Assembly (NCBI RefSeq): GCF_004010195.1
Contig: NC_057711.1
Span: forward strand, 81,200,714 to 81,264,713
From: Chiloscyllium plagiosum
Lineage: Eukaryota
Direction of reading: 5' to 3'
DNA: 64,000 bases
The notes beneath the pieces are model-generated. The model saw only the letters and a list, made by a program, of their open reading frames with translations, did not search any database and was not told where the DNA came from. This document shows positions 51,690 to 63,613 of this stretch, in pieces. The position numbers were made by a program, and so were the translations under genes. Positions within the stretch are counted from its first letter, which is position 1, and every line of letters begins with the position of its first letter.

Positions 51690-53925
51690 CCCGGCTTCTC
51701 CATTAGGCCATGTTGAAGTCTTCCTTTGCCACCTTTGCTTCCTCACCAATTTCTTTGGTCAAGTGTCCTCTCCCCATCCCACAGACCCCTTCACACACTT
51801 CAAAGCCCTCTCTCCACCTGAAACCCTTCATCTATCCTTTTACCCACACTTGACCTTGTCATTGAGAATTGTTGTGATGACATCGATAGCCTTAAATCCT
51901 TTGTCCCTCAACCACTCAAACATATCTCCTTCTGGACTGACAGCACTCTGTGACTTCAGATCCCACCCTTACTTTGTAATTACACTTGTCAACAGGGGTA
52001 GTGCTGTTGTTACCTAGCGTACTGACCTCTACATTGCAGAGGCTGATCACCAGCTCTTAGACACCTCCTCCTATCTCCCCCTGAACTAGACCCCACCATG
52101 AAACTTCAGATTATTGTGCAGTCATTAATCTTATTTATCTGGTGATCTCCTCTGACTGTCTCCAAGCTGATAGTTCCCCCAACCCTGCATAGCTCACTTC
52201 TAACTCTTGTCAAATATCCAGAAACAGCACTGCCCAGGCAGACCCATTGTTTCTGCCTGCTCCTGTCCCATGGAGTTTATCTCTTCCTACCACAACATGA
52301 TTTTTCTCCAATCCCTTCCCATTGGCATTCACGATTCTTCTGATGTTTTACATCGGCTCCAGTCACCTCCTCTTCACCATGGACATACAATCCCTTTACC
52401 TGTCCATCCCTCATCAGGATGGTCTCAGAACTCTCCACTTCTTCTTGAAAAAAAGGCCCGAAGCACTTTCATCCACCACCACCGTGCTCTTTCCAAACTC
52501 AACTTCACCCTGAACAATTTTTCCTTTAACGCTTCTCACTTTCTCCAGGTCAAAGGTGTGGCCACAGGTATCTGCATGGATCCCAGTTATACCTTTCTTT
52601 TTGTAGACTACGTGGAACATTCTTTGTTCCAGTCCTACTGTTATTCCTACTCATAACTCTTTCTCTGTTATATCATTGACATCATTGGCGCTGTTTCCCT
52701 CTTGTACAGAATTGGAAAAATGCATCAATTTCACTTCCAATTTCCTCATCTGCCCTCGCCTGGTCCATCTCTGAGTCCTCCTTCCCTTCCTCGACATCCC
52801 TGTTTCCATTTCTGTGGATAGGCTGGCCACCAACATATACTACAAACCCACTGACTCCCAGTTATCTGGCCTATACATTCTCATACCCAGCTTCTTGTAA
52901 AGACTCCATTCCATTCTCCAAGTTCCTCTGTCTCTGTCACATCTGTTCTGATGATGCCACCTTCCACAGGGTGCCTCAGAATGTCCACCTTTTTCCTCAA
53001 CCAAGGAATCCCCAGCACCATGGTTGACAGAGCCCTTAACTGAGTCCAACCCATCTCCCGCACATTAGCCCTCATCCCCTTTCTTCCCTCCCACAATAGT
53101 GATAGGGTCCTCCTAGTCCTCACTTTCCATTCCACCAGCATCCATATCCAAAAGGCATAAGTCTCCATTTCCACCATCTCCAGTAAGATGTCACCAGATG
53201 CATATTTCCCTCCCCTCCCTTGACAGCACTTTGCAAAGACCATTCCCTCAAGGATAGCCACTCCTCCTCCACAGTACCTCCCCATACCTCTGCAGCACCT
53301 TTCCATGCAACTACAGAAGGTGTAGCATCTGTCCATTTACTTCCTCCCTCTTCACTCTCCAGTGTAGCAATCACAACTTCCAGGGGGAAGCAGCAATTAA
53401 CCTGCACTTCACTCAATCTTATCTATTGTATTCACTGTTCACAATGTGGTCTTCCGTACATTGGAGAAACTAGTTTGTGAAACACAGGCTGGGTGAACAA
53501 CATCTCATTTTACACTTGGTGACCTTGCAGCCTTCAGGGTTCAATATTGAGATCAAAATTTTAGGGATGTAATACCAATTTCCATGTCGTTTACCCACCC
53601 CCACATCTCAGGCCTTGTCATCACATGTGCAGCCAACCTATTTTCACCTACATATGGTCACCAATATTAGCTTTTCTGTCCTCCCTTGCCATTGTCCATC
53701 CCTTTGTCTGTCTGTCTTTCTTTCCCTCTGGGATCCATCTCCATCTATTGCGTACTCCTTTGCTCACAACCTCCTACCTAACTCTGTCATCATCATACAT
53801 ACCAACCGTTTCCTAGCTGTTCTGAAATCGAGTCACTGGACCCAAACTGTTAACTCTGCTTTGTCTTCACAGATGCTGTCAGACCTGCTGAGCTTCTCCA
53901 ACAATTTCTGTTTTTGTTACAAGTT
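51690..53925 (+). mobile_element. Long decayed Penelope-like element (Neptune-like) with 3' repeat
   Basis: CPGRPIVSACSCP, HFLQVKGVATGICMDPSY, YKPTDS and GIY-YIG LIYCIHCSQCGLPYIGET; degenerate hammerhead-bearing terminus at 53820-53920. Confidence 0.88.
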
Positions 53926-53959
53926 CGAGTATCTGCAGATCTTTGTTTGCTGTTATGAT

Positions 53960-55090
53960 GCTGTATCCCTATTGCACTGTAGCCTCTCCAACTGTTGAAC
54001 TAGTTTAAATCCCCCCCAATAGCACTGGCAAACACACCCACAAGGATGTGAGTCCCATCCTGTTTCAGGTACAGCCCATGCCACTTGTACCAGTCCCAAA
54101 TTCTCCAGTAATGGTCCCAATGATCTAGGAATATAAAACTCTTTCTCCTGAACCAACACTTGAGTCATACGTTCATCTGCCCCATTCTCCTATCTCAGCA
54201 TGTGATAGTGGGAATGATCCAGAGATTTCAACCTTAGAGGTTCTGTTTTTTAATCTACTGCCGAGCTCCCTGAATTCTTGATGCAAGACCTTACTCCTTA
54301 TTCTATCGTTGGTACCATTCTGTACCATGATCTCTGACTTATCATCCTCCTCCTCCTCAAAATGTTGTGCAGCCATCCAGTGACATCCCTGATCCTGGTA
54401 CCAGGGAGGCAACGCATTATCCTTGAGTCATATCCGTAGCTGCAGAAGTGTCTGTCTACACCTTCACTATCAAGTCACCTACCACTATTTCCCCTGGACT
54501 CTTGCTCCACACTTCTTTTGCAGCTGGTCCAACATTATAGTGAGGTCACCAGTAAAGCCCTCAATGTTATTGTTTTCCAGCACGAAAAAACAGTTCACAA
54601 GTGGGATGCCATCTCGGGCTTTCCTCTCTCCCTGTCTCACCCCTTTCCTCCACCAGATGGCCACCATTCCCTCTCTGCCTGTGGCCGCTTAGTCTGAGGG
54701 GTGACCACTTCAAGAAATGTGCTGTCCACAGAGTCTTCAGCCCCATGATGCACCCTCTGTGTGTCCAGCCAACTCTCCAGTTCCAAGATTTGACACTCAA
54801 GATGCTTGGCACCTTACTGCAGATGTGTTCATCCAGCCTGCCAGAAATATCTAGGAATTTTCTATGTTAAAGACGGTGCAACACAGTGACTTGGGTCCCC
54901 CTACCAACTTCCATATGTTTCAGCCTACTGGAAAGAGCTAAACCTTATCTTGTAACATGCAAAAAGCTTTAAAAAGCTATGAATACAGTAAAAAAAAATT
55001 AAAATCCAGTACGAATCACAATAGTTTATTACAAAATAGTAAAAAAAATTAAAAGTCACAAAAGTAGTAAAGAGAAATACTCACCTACCA
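53960..55090 (-). mobile_element. Old CR1 5' part (5' UTR and esterase ORF1 remnant)
   Basis: CLPGTRIRDV and VQNGTNDRI match the SGNH blocks of ORF1 at 41869-42120. Confidence 0.7.
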
Positions 55091-55134
55091 ATTTGGGAAT
55101 TAAGGTATTAGTTTAGGTTCCAGTCTTTTGAGTG

Positions 55135-55680
55135 TAAGTAAATGGGTGAATGGATGAATTGGTGAGTGAGTAAATGTGTGAGTGAGTGATGTGGTTAAGT
55201 GAGTAGGTGGTGAAGTGAGTAGGTTGGTGAGGTACGTAGGTGGATTCATGGGTAGGTTAGTGATCTGACTGTAGGTTAATCGTTAGGTTGGTTAGATTTG
55301 TTAGTGGGTAGGTCCATGTGTGGCTAAGTGGATGAGTGGATAGGTGTTCGATGGGTTGGTCAGATCAGATTGGGTGGTTAGTCAGGTTGTGATGGGGTGG
55401 GGTAGTCAGGTAGTTGGGAGCAGTAGTCAGGTTATGGGTTAGTCAGGTCTGGTTGGGACAGTAGTTGTGTGTTCGGGTTGGGGAGTAGCTATGCTGGGTT
55501 GGGTGAGGTAGTCAAGTGTTTGGGCTCGTAGTCAGATCAGGTTGGAAGATAGATTGGTTTGAGTCAGAGGAATAGTCCGATTGGATCACAGGGGCATTTT
55601 GGATTGTGTCAGGGTTGGAGGTGTATTGGATGCTTGGGGGTAGTCAGTGATTGGAGATATGTGGCTGGGGAGTGAAATGT
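55135..55680. repeat. G/T-rich degenerate tandem repeat
   Basis: gtga/ggtg/ggta 4-mers grade into a unit of roughly 16-25 nt containing tagtcag and ggttggg; very few C on the plus strand. Confidence 0.75.
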
Positions 55681-56174
55681 CTAGTTACCCAGGTATTACA
55701 TTAGGCTTAAACTTTGCCTGGCTAACTATACCGGTAAACAGAAGAAAGGCAATATATACTACCTATACAGAATTGCACACATTTGATTAAAAAATAACTT
55801 TTTAAAAACTTTTTAAAGTCTTTATCTGTAACTCAGTTTCAGAGACTTTCAGGAAACAGGGGGATTGCCAATCAGAAGTTGAAATATCCCAGCAATTTAG
55901 TATAGGTTCATGTGTCATAACTTCCAATGAGCCCAAATGCCCATTTTCAGTTGTATATCTCATCTCTGATAATCCAGAGACCAGAAATTTGTACTATTGC
56001 TGTTCCTTTAAAAGCTTCTGAATCTATTTGCTAATCATGGCAAATCGGTGCCCATTGATTGTTGACACATCCACCATTGGAAGCATTTTCTCCTAAATCC
56101 TTCATTACTTTGAATACTTACCAAATCATCTGGGGGGGTTTTCTCTGAGAAGAACAATCCAGTTTCTCCTATCT

Positions 56175-56395
56175 CATAGAGTCATAGAGTCATAGAGACG
56201 TACTGCACGGAAACAGACCCTTCGGTCCAACTTGTCCATACTGACCAGATATCCCAACCCAATCTAGTCCCACCTGCCAGCACCTGGCCCATATCCCTCC
56301 AAACCCTTCTTTTTCCTATACCCATCCAGATGCCTTTTAACTGTTGCAATTATACCAGCCTCCACCAGTACCTCTGGCAGCTCATTCCATACACG
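56175..56395 (-). mobile_element. Short CR1 3' end
   Basis: catagagt repeats and a 3' UTR nearly identical to 38547-38760. Confidence 0.9.
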
Positions 56396-56967
56396 TAGTA
56401 ATTTTAATCTCTCATTTGTGGATTCAGTTCAGCAAACCTGTTCCAGTTCTTCGTCAAAACTAGCAGATCTTGCCCAAAGTGTAATGTTCAGATTTAGACA
56501 CACTAGTTCAGCTGTGGCCAAATTAGTTTTCAATAAAAAAACAGAAAATGCTGGATATATCCACCATGTCAGGTTACACTTGTGGATAAAGGAATGGAAT
56601 TAATGAAATAATTTTCACCCCCACTCTGGGTCAAGTCCAGAGGTAGGGAGTGATAGAATTTGTGTTTCTGGATAGCATGCCATCATCATTAGCATCATTC
56701 CGCTATAATGGTGAACAGTGCTTGAGAAAGAACAAAAGAACAGTACAGCACAGGAACACACCAAGTCGATACCAACACATAAGGCCTTTCTAAACTAAAA
56801 GCCTTTTGTAGCTGGTCTGTTGCAGTGATCTGTAATCATGTTCTAATCTTCAACCATGTATTTGTACCTGAATCAGACAATACTTACATTAGCTCCTATA
56901 TGATAAGAAACTAGACATGGGTAACATAGAAACTTAGTAACTACAAACAGGAGTAGGCCATTTAGAT

Positions 56968-57092
56968 AAGAAAGTGAGGACTGCAGATGCTGGAGCCTCA
57001 TTCCTGATGAAGGGCTCTTGCCCAAAACATCGGTTCTGCAATACCTCAGATGCTGCCTGACCGACTGTGCTTTTCCAGCACCGCATTCTCAA
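56968..57092. mobile_element. Tail-out Penelope-repeat insertion with 9-bp target-site duplication and decayed hammerhead
   Basis: catttagat at 56959-56967 and 57093-57101. An antisense terminus (agaaagtgaggactgcagatgctggag) is joined to a sense arm with CTGATGA-AGGGCTCTTGCCC-AAAACATC at 57004-57031. Confidence 0.85.
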
Positions 57093-57730
57093 CATTTAGA
57101 TCTTTGAGCCTTTTTTCACTGTTTGATGAGATCATGGCTGATCCTTTATTTCAATGCCATATCCTGCTTTCTCCCTATACTCCTTGACTTTTAAAATCTA
57201 ACAAGAAATCTATTTCTTTCCTCAATTTATTCATTTACTTGGCTTCCACAACTTTTTGTAGCAGAGAATTCCACAGTGTTACTACGCTTTCAGTAAAGAA
57301 ATCTTCCCTCACTTAAATGGTCTACCCTATATCCTGAGGCTGTGTTCCCTGGTTCTAGACTCCCCAACCAGGAAAACCTCCTCCCTGCATTTAGTCTATC
57401 CAGCCCTGTTAGAATTGTTTGTTTCATTCAGATTCCCTCTCATGCTTTGAAACTCAAGGGAAAATGGGCCCAATTGAACCAATCTCTCTTGGCAGTCCTG
57501 CCATCCCTGGGGTCCTCCTAATGAAACTTTGCTGTATTCCATCCATGGCAAGTATATCCTTTCTTAGGTAGATAAAACAAAACTGCATGCAATACTCTTG
57601 ATCTCACTAGTTCCCGATATAACTGTAGAAAGATATACTACTTCTGAACTCAAATCCTCTTGGAATGAAGTGCATCCTAATCACTTGCTGCACCTGCCTG
57701 CTTCCATTAATTGGCTGATGTACAAAGGCA

Positions 57731-57858
57731 AGAGAAAGTACAGACTGCAGATGCTGGAGAGTCAGAGTCAAAAAGTGTGGCACTGGAAAAGCACAGCAGG
57801 TCAGGCAGCATCCGAGGAGCAGGAGAGTCCTCATTTCAGGCACATGCCGTTCATCAGG
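57731..57858 (-). mobile_element. Single Penelope terminal repeat ending at the hammerhead core
   Basis: Minus strand starts cctgatga-acggcatgtgcct-gaaat and runs to the family terminus ...tttctct; it interrupts the CR1. Confidence 0.8.
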
Positions 57859-60414
57859 ACATCCAGATCTTTTTGTCCATCCACACTTCCCAAAACATCA
57901 CCATTTAAATACTACTCTTTCTTTCTGTTTATTACACTGAAGTGTGAAACTTCAATATTAACAATATTGTACTTTGTCTTCCAAGTGTTTGCCTACTCAT
58001 TCAATTTGTTGAAATTACCATGAAGTCTCTTCGCATTCTTCTCACAACTCATGATCCCACACAACTTTGTGTCATCAGCAAACTTGGAAATGTCGGGTTT
58101 GGTTCCCTCACCCAAGTCATTTACACATTTAGTGATTACCTTGTGCCCAAGCACTGATGCTTACAGTACTCCACTAGTTCCTGCCTGCCTTTGGGAAAGA
58201 CCCATTTCTGTTACCTGTCTGTCAATCAATTCTTAGTCCATTCCAATATATTACCCCAGTCTCATGGGCTTTCACTTTGCTCACTAATCCCTTATGAGGA
58301 ACTTTATCAAAAGCCTTCTGAAAATCCAAAAACACACATCAGCTGGTTCTCTCTTATCTGTTCTACTAGTTACATTCTCAAAGAACTCCAGTAGATTTGT
58401 TAAGCATGATTTGCCTTTCGTAAACCCATGCTGGCATTATCCAATCCCTTTAACGCTTTCCAGATGTTGTGTTATAAACTCTATCATTTTTCCCACTTAG
58501 GCTTACAGTCTATATTTCTCTTTTTTTTCTATCCCTCACTTTTAAATAGTGGGATTATATTTGCCACATTCCAATCTTTAAGTACTGCTCCAGATTATAT
58601 ATAATTTTTGAAGATGAACATCAAATCATCCAATATTTCTAGGGCCCCTTCCATGCACAGTCAGGGATGTAAATTATCAGACCCTGCTAATTTGTCAGCT
58701 TTAACACCATTAATTCCCCCAGCACCATTTTCTTACTGGTACTGATTTCACTCAATTCCTCCCTCTCATTAAATCTTTGGTTTCCTAAGATTCTTGGAAG
58801 TTATTTATGCCTTGCAACTATGCCCACTCTAAAATCTGTGCAACTCCCAAAATCTCAATTATCCTCCATTGACAGAAGGTATATAATTAGATTTCCATAT
58901 TAGAATAAATAATAATTAAGTTTGCTCTTTTTTGTGAAATAGTCCTAGAATATTTTCCAAATAGACATAAGTTCACAAGCATTAATAATACAATATCTTA
59001 TAATTAAATTTCAACCACATTTCTGACCAACAGGGCTATTTCCCACTGTCGTGTGGGATGAAAGGCACTATTAAAATACAGCTGTCAGTGGATGGTTAAA
59101 TCTTGTAATACAAACAAGCCATTTTTCCCTTTGACGTAAGGAACTGTCAACAAATGCTGAGAACAAAAATATCAAATAAATTCCTACAAGCAATATAATT
59201 TGAATAACTGTACTGTGTGCAGATGTTGTTTTTATAAGTGCATGTTAATTGAACTGAATTAAATGTAATGCTTTATATAATATTTCTATGCAAAGAAAAG
59301 CTTCTAAAAGATTCATGATCACCAACATTTGTTCCCATGACTCGACTACTGAAAGCAATTTATTGAAACCAAAAACCATAGCAATTATCTGGGATTAGTC
59401 AGTTCATCTATTGTGTGCTTTCTTTTCAAAGAAAAAAAGAATTGAATTAAATCAGTCCAAAGACCCTCGTACACTTCAAGCACTTCTTTTCATAAACACC
59501 TCAATAATAACAGATGCACTCATTGCTTGAAAAGAAACAGGAAGGATGCTGCAAAGCACAAGGCTCCATTGCCCATAGCTATGGGTGAAGGTCACAGGAG
59601 CATTCTTACATTGAATTCCCAATGTGGGAAATGGCTTGATGATCCTGTCAATTATAGCATGTGTTTTCATTCATTTACATATCAAAAAGACAATTTATGA
59701 TGACACAGAAATAAAGGTTGGCACAAATTGGTTCATATAGTGGATTTAACCTACTGACAGATGGAGATTTATCAATTCTTGTTTGTGAAAGCGTTTTTTT
59801 TAGTTAGTGAAATGCTCGTCTGTGTTTACATCAGCTAATTCAAAAAAGGACTGGCCATATGCTTTAGGATGTTAAAAATGAATAAATCTATTAATGGGAT
59901 TAGATATTCAATGGCATTTTGCATGTACATAGGAGCATAAAATAGGAATAGGCCAGTGAACTCTACAGTAACTTAGAATGTGCAGATTTGAATGAGCGGA
60001 CTTCAAAAAAAAACTTTCCTATGATATACTGTTCTCATTTCGGTATTATAAAATCCATTATATATAGTAATTCTACCAAAATTGACAGGAATACAGTCAC
60101 TTTGTAGCATTTCAAATTATTTTATGAATAATTTTCTCACCCACTGTGGTTGTTCTTGGTAGCACGTGGATCTAAATAACATACTTTCCTATGAAGAGAG
60201 ACTACAAAGTTAAAATGGATCAATTGTCCTTTTACTTCTGAAGTCTGTTTTCAATCCAGTCCCATGAATGTAATCAGTCACTTGTGTCTAATGGCTGAGA
60301 ATGATCTAAATTCAGGTTAGGATGACTCCATGCAACTACTACTAACAAACTTATCAGCAACTAATTTGTACTAAGTTTGTTATCTTACACAGAGATGCAA
60401 CCACATAGTCTGCC

Positions 60415-60826
60415 ACACAAAACCTTTGGTCTGTGGAAAGGAACAAAGCAGACTCAAGCACACACAGGGAGAACACACAAACTCCACACAGGTAGTCACC
60501 TGAAGGTGGGATCAAACCCAGGTCCCTGGGGTTGTGAGGCAGTAGTGCTTACCGCTGAGCCACCATGCACATCTTCCCTGTGTCTGCCTGGGTTTCCTCC
60601 GGGTGCTATCGTTTCCTCCCACAATCCAAAGATGTGTAGGTTAGGTGAAATGGCCATGCTAAATTGCCCAAAGTGTTCAGGGATGTGTAGGTTAGGTGCA
60701 TTAGTCAGGGATAAAAGTCAGGTAATAGGGTAGGGGAATGGATCTGGGTGGGTTACTCTTCAGAGGGTCGGTATGGACTTGGGCCGAAGGTCTGTTTCCA
60801 CACTGTAGGGATTCTATGATTCTATG
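60415..60826. mobile_element. Two head-to-head HE1-type SINE pieces (minus about 60415-60568, plus about 60566-60826)
   Basis: The minus piece carries A/B boxes; the plus piece carries the core, the tail and attctatg repeats. Confidence 0.85.
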
Positions 60827-62521
60827 AAAATCACAATGGTGCAGCATCAATGTTGTTGGAGCAATGAAACAAAGCTTTTCACTGAAAATTAACCTGGTTG
60901 AGGATTGTTTGATGCTAATACTGTATATAAAAAGTGAAAATATGCACAATGATATGATTTTTAAAAAGCCAGTCTCCATGGAGGGTATATGCACATGCAT
61001 GCAGACACTCATCCTAACACACATACTCAATTTCTCACACACATGCACAGTTGCACTCTTGCACACATTTGAAGTCACGCACATTCAAATAATTTGATTT
61101 AATTTTATTATTTATTGTAATGTGTATTTTGTTACAAAATATAGTGACAAGCATTGTTGCCACTCTCCGGTGCTATCTTAAAACACAGAAAAATAAACCA
61201 AAATTTAGAATGCAAAGAACAAAGAGTAAGTGCTCAACTTCATAGTCTTTCTTATTAAGAGCTTCATAACAGGTCAAGAGTTTGGTGGCCACGCACAAGT
61301 CCTTTCTCTACGCCACCATCTCTGCTGGAACAAAAGTCACCACTCTTTGACGCCATTTTGCCTCCGTTGATGTCCTTGACACAATGAGTCCTCGCTGGAC
61401 CTTGCCAATGCAGATGCCACTGATACCAGGTACTGCACCAGCCCAAATGCAACTCCACCGCCATGAGCCCGCTTGAGGGTCACCTCATTGATGCGGCTGC
61501 TGCCAAAGCTGCAGTGTCTCATACTGGGCAAAAACTCACCTCTGCTGCCACCTCCATGAATCTGTGCTGTCAAGAACCCAAACTCACCTCGGTTGTAGCA
61601 TCTAGGACCGCTTCATTGATGCACCCAAACTATCTCTGATGCTGCCACCATAAGGCCACACTGGGCCTAGTTGCCACCACTGATGCCGTCGTAGACAGAC
61701 AGGAGGCTGGAAGCACATAGCAAGCCAGGCAGCACCAGGAGGTGCTGAAGTCAACGTTCTAGGTGTAACCCTTATTCAGGACTGGGAATGGGTGGAGGGA
61801 GAGCTGGAGATAAAGAGGGTGGCTGGAGCTGGATGGTGAAGTCGGGATAGATGAAGACAGGTAGAGGGTACAACCCGATTGGTTAATGGGAGGAATGAAT
61901 CCAGTTGGTGGCAGGGAGCAGGAAGGGAGAGGGAGGAGCTGGGAAGGGAGTCAGGGGATGGAAAGAGAGGTTATCTGAAATTGGAGAACTCAATTTTGAG
62001 TCCTCCGGGCTGTAGACTGCCCAGGCAGAAGATGAGGCATTGTTCCTCCAATTTGTGGTGTGGTTCGCTGTGGCAATGGAGGAGGCCAAGGATGGTCATG
62101 TCCGAAAAGGGAGTGGGAGGGAGAATTAAAATGGACGGTGACTGGGAGGTCTGGTTGTCCCCTGTGGGCCTAGCTGAGATGCTTGGCAAATCATTCCCTA
62201 AGTTTATGTTTGGTCTCCCCGATGTAGAGAAGACCACATTGGGAGCACCTGATGCAGTAAACCAGGTTGGAGGAGAGGCAGGTGAATCTCTGTCTCACCT
62301 GGAAGGACTGTTTGGGGTCCTGGATGGGGGTGGGTGGGTGGTGTCCCGGCAGGTTTTGCATCTTTTCCAGTTGCAGGTGAAAGTACCTGAGGGTTAAGGA
62401 GATTCGTGGGGAGAATGGCACTAACCAAAGACTGTTAAGGGAAATGCAGAGATGGGTGGGGAGGGGAAGATGTTCTTAGTGGTGGGCTCTAGTTGGAGTT
62501 GACAGAAGTGTTTAAGGATAA

Positions 62522-63613
62522 GGTTCAAGGTTTGTGCGAAGATTTGTAGCTCGGGTGCTCGTTGTTGTGGTTCTGTTCGCCGAGCTGGAAGTTTTTGTTG
62601 CAAACGTTTCGTCCCCTGTCTAGGCGACATCATCAGTGCTTGGGAGCCTCCTGCGAAGGGCTTCTTTGATGTTTCCTCCGGTGTTTATAGTGGTCTGTCC
62701 CTGCCACTTCCGGTTGTCAGTTTCAGCTGTCCGCTGTAGTGGTTGGTATATTGGGTCCAGGTCGATGTGTTTATTGATGGAGTTTGTGGATGAATGCCAT
62801 GCCTCTAGGAATTCCCTGGCTGTTCTCTGTCTGGCTTGCCCTATGATAGCAGTGTTGTCCCAGTCGAATTCATGTTGCTTGTTGTCTGCATGTGTGGCTA
62901 CCAAGGATAGCTGGTCGTGTCGTTTCGTGGCTAGTTGATGTTCATGTATGCGGATTGTTAGCTGTCTTCCTGTTTGTCCTATATAGTGTTTAGTGCAGTC
63001 CTTGCATGGGATTTTGTACACTACATTGGTTTTGNNNNNNNNNNNNNNNNNNNNNNNNNNNNNNNNNNNNNNNNNNNNNNNNNNNNNNNNNNNNNNNNNN
63101 NNNNNNNNNNNNNNNNNNNNNNNNNNNNNNNNNNNNNNNNNNNNNNNNNNNNNNNNNNNNNNNNNNNNNNNNNNNNNNNNNNNNNNNNNNNNNNNNNNNN
63201 NNNNNNNNNNNNNNNNNNNNNNNNNNNNNNNNNNNNNNNNNNNNNNNNNNNNNNNNNNNNNNNNNNNNNNNNNNNNNNNNNNNNNNNNNNNNNNNNNNNN
63301 NNNNNNNNNNNNNNNNNNNNNNNNNNCTTATCATAGGGCAAGCCAGACAGAGAACAGCCAGGGAATTCCTAGAGGCATGGCATTCATCCACAAACTCCAT
63401 CAACAAACACATCGACCTGGACCCAATATACCAACCACTCCAGCGGACAGCTGAAACTGACAACCGGAAGTGGCAGGGACAGACCACTATAAACACCGGA
63501 GGAAACATCAAAGAAGCGCTTCGCAGGAGGCTCCCAAGCACAGATGATGTCGCCTAGCCAGGGGACAAAACGTTTGCAACAAAAGCTTCCAGCTCGGCGA
63601 ACAGAACCACAAC
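62522..63613. mobile_element. Young Poseidon-like Penelope element as a tail-out inverted repeat around gap 63035-63326
   Basis: GIY-YIG VYKIPCKDCTKHYIGQTGRQLTIRIHEHQ on minus. The same C-terminus REFLEAWHS...LPSTDDVA appears on plus at 63327-63557. aaggataa flanks both ends (62514-62521 and 63614-63621). Confidence 0.92.
62603..62636 (-). ncRNA. Minimal hammerhead ribozyme core, intact, overlapping the ORF stop codon
   Basis: gca-CTGATGA-T-GTCGCCT-AGAC-AGGGGAC-GAAA-CG-TT-tgc: stem I GCA/TGC, stem II with one mismatch, palindromic ACGT. Confidence 0.8.

Larger units (their letters stand above)
56925..58800 (-). mobile_element. Old CR1 LINE containing two Penelope-repeat insertions
   Basis: 3' UTR caggagtaggccatt; antisense ISKFADDTKL near 58065-58090 and DFQKAFDKVP near 58300-58325. 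Confidence 0.8.

Noticed and set aside
59609..59643. Possible 35-nt minus exon with gtaaga donor
   Set aside because: The acceptor lacks a pyrimidine tract and no frame is recognisable.
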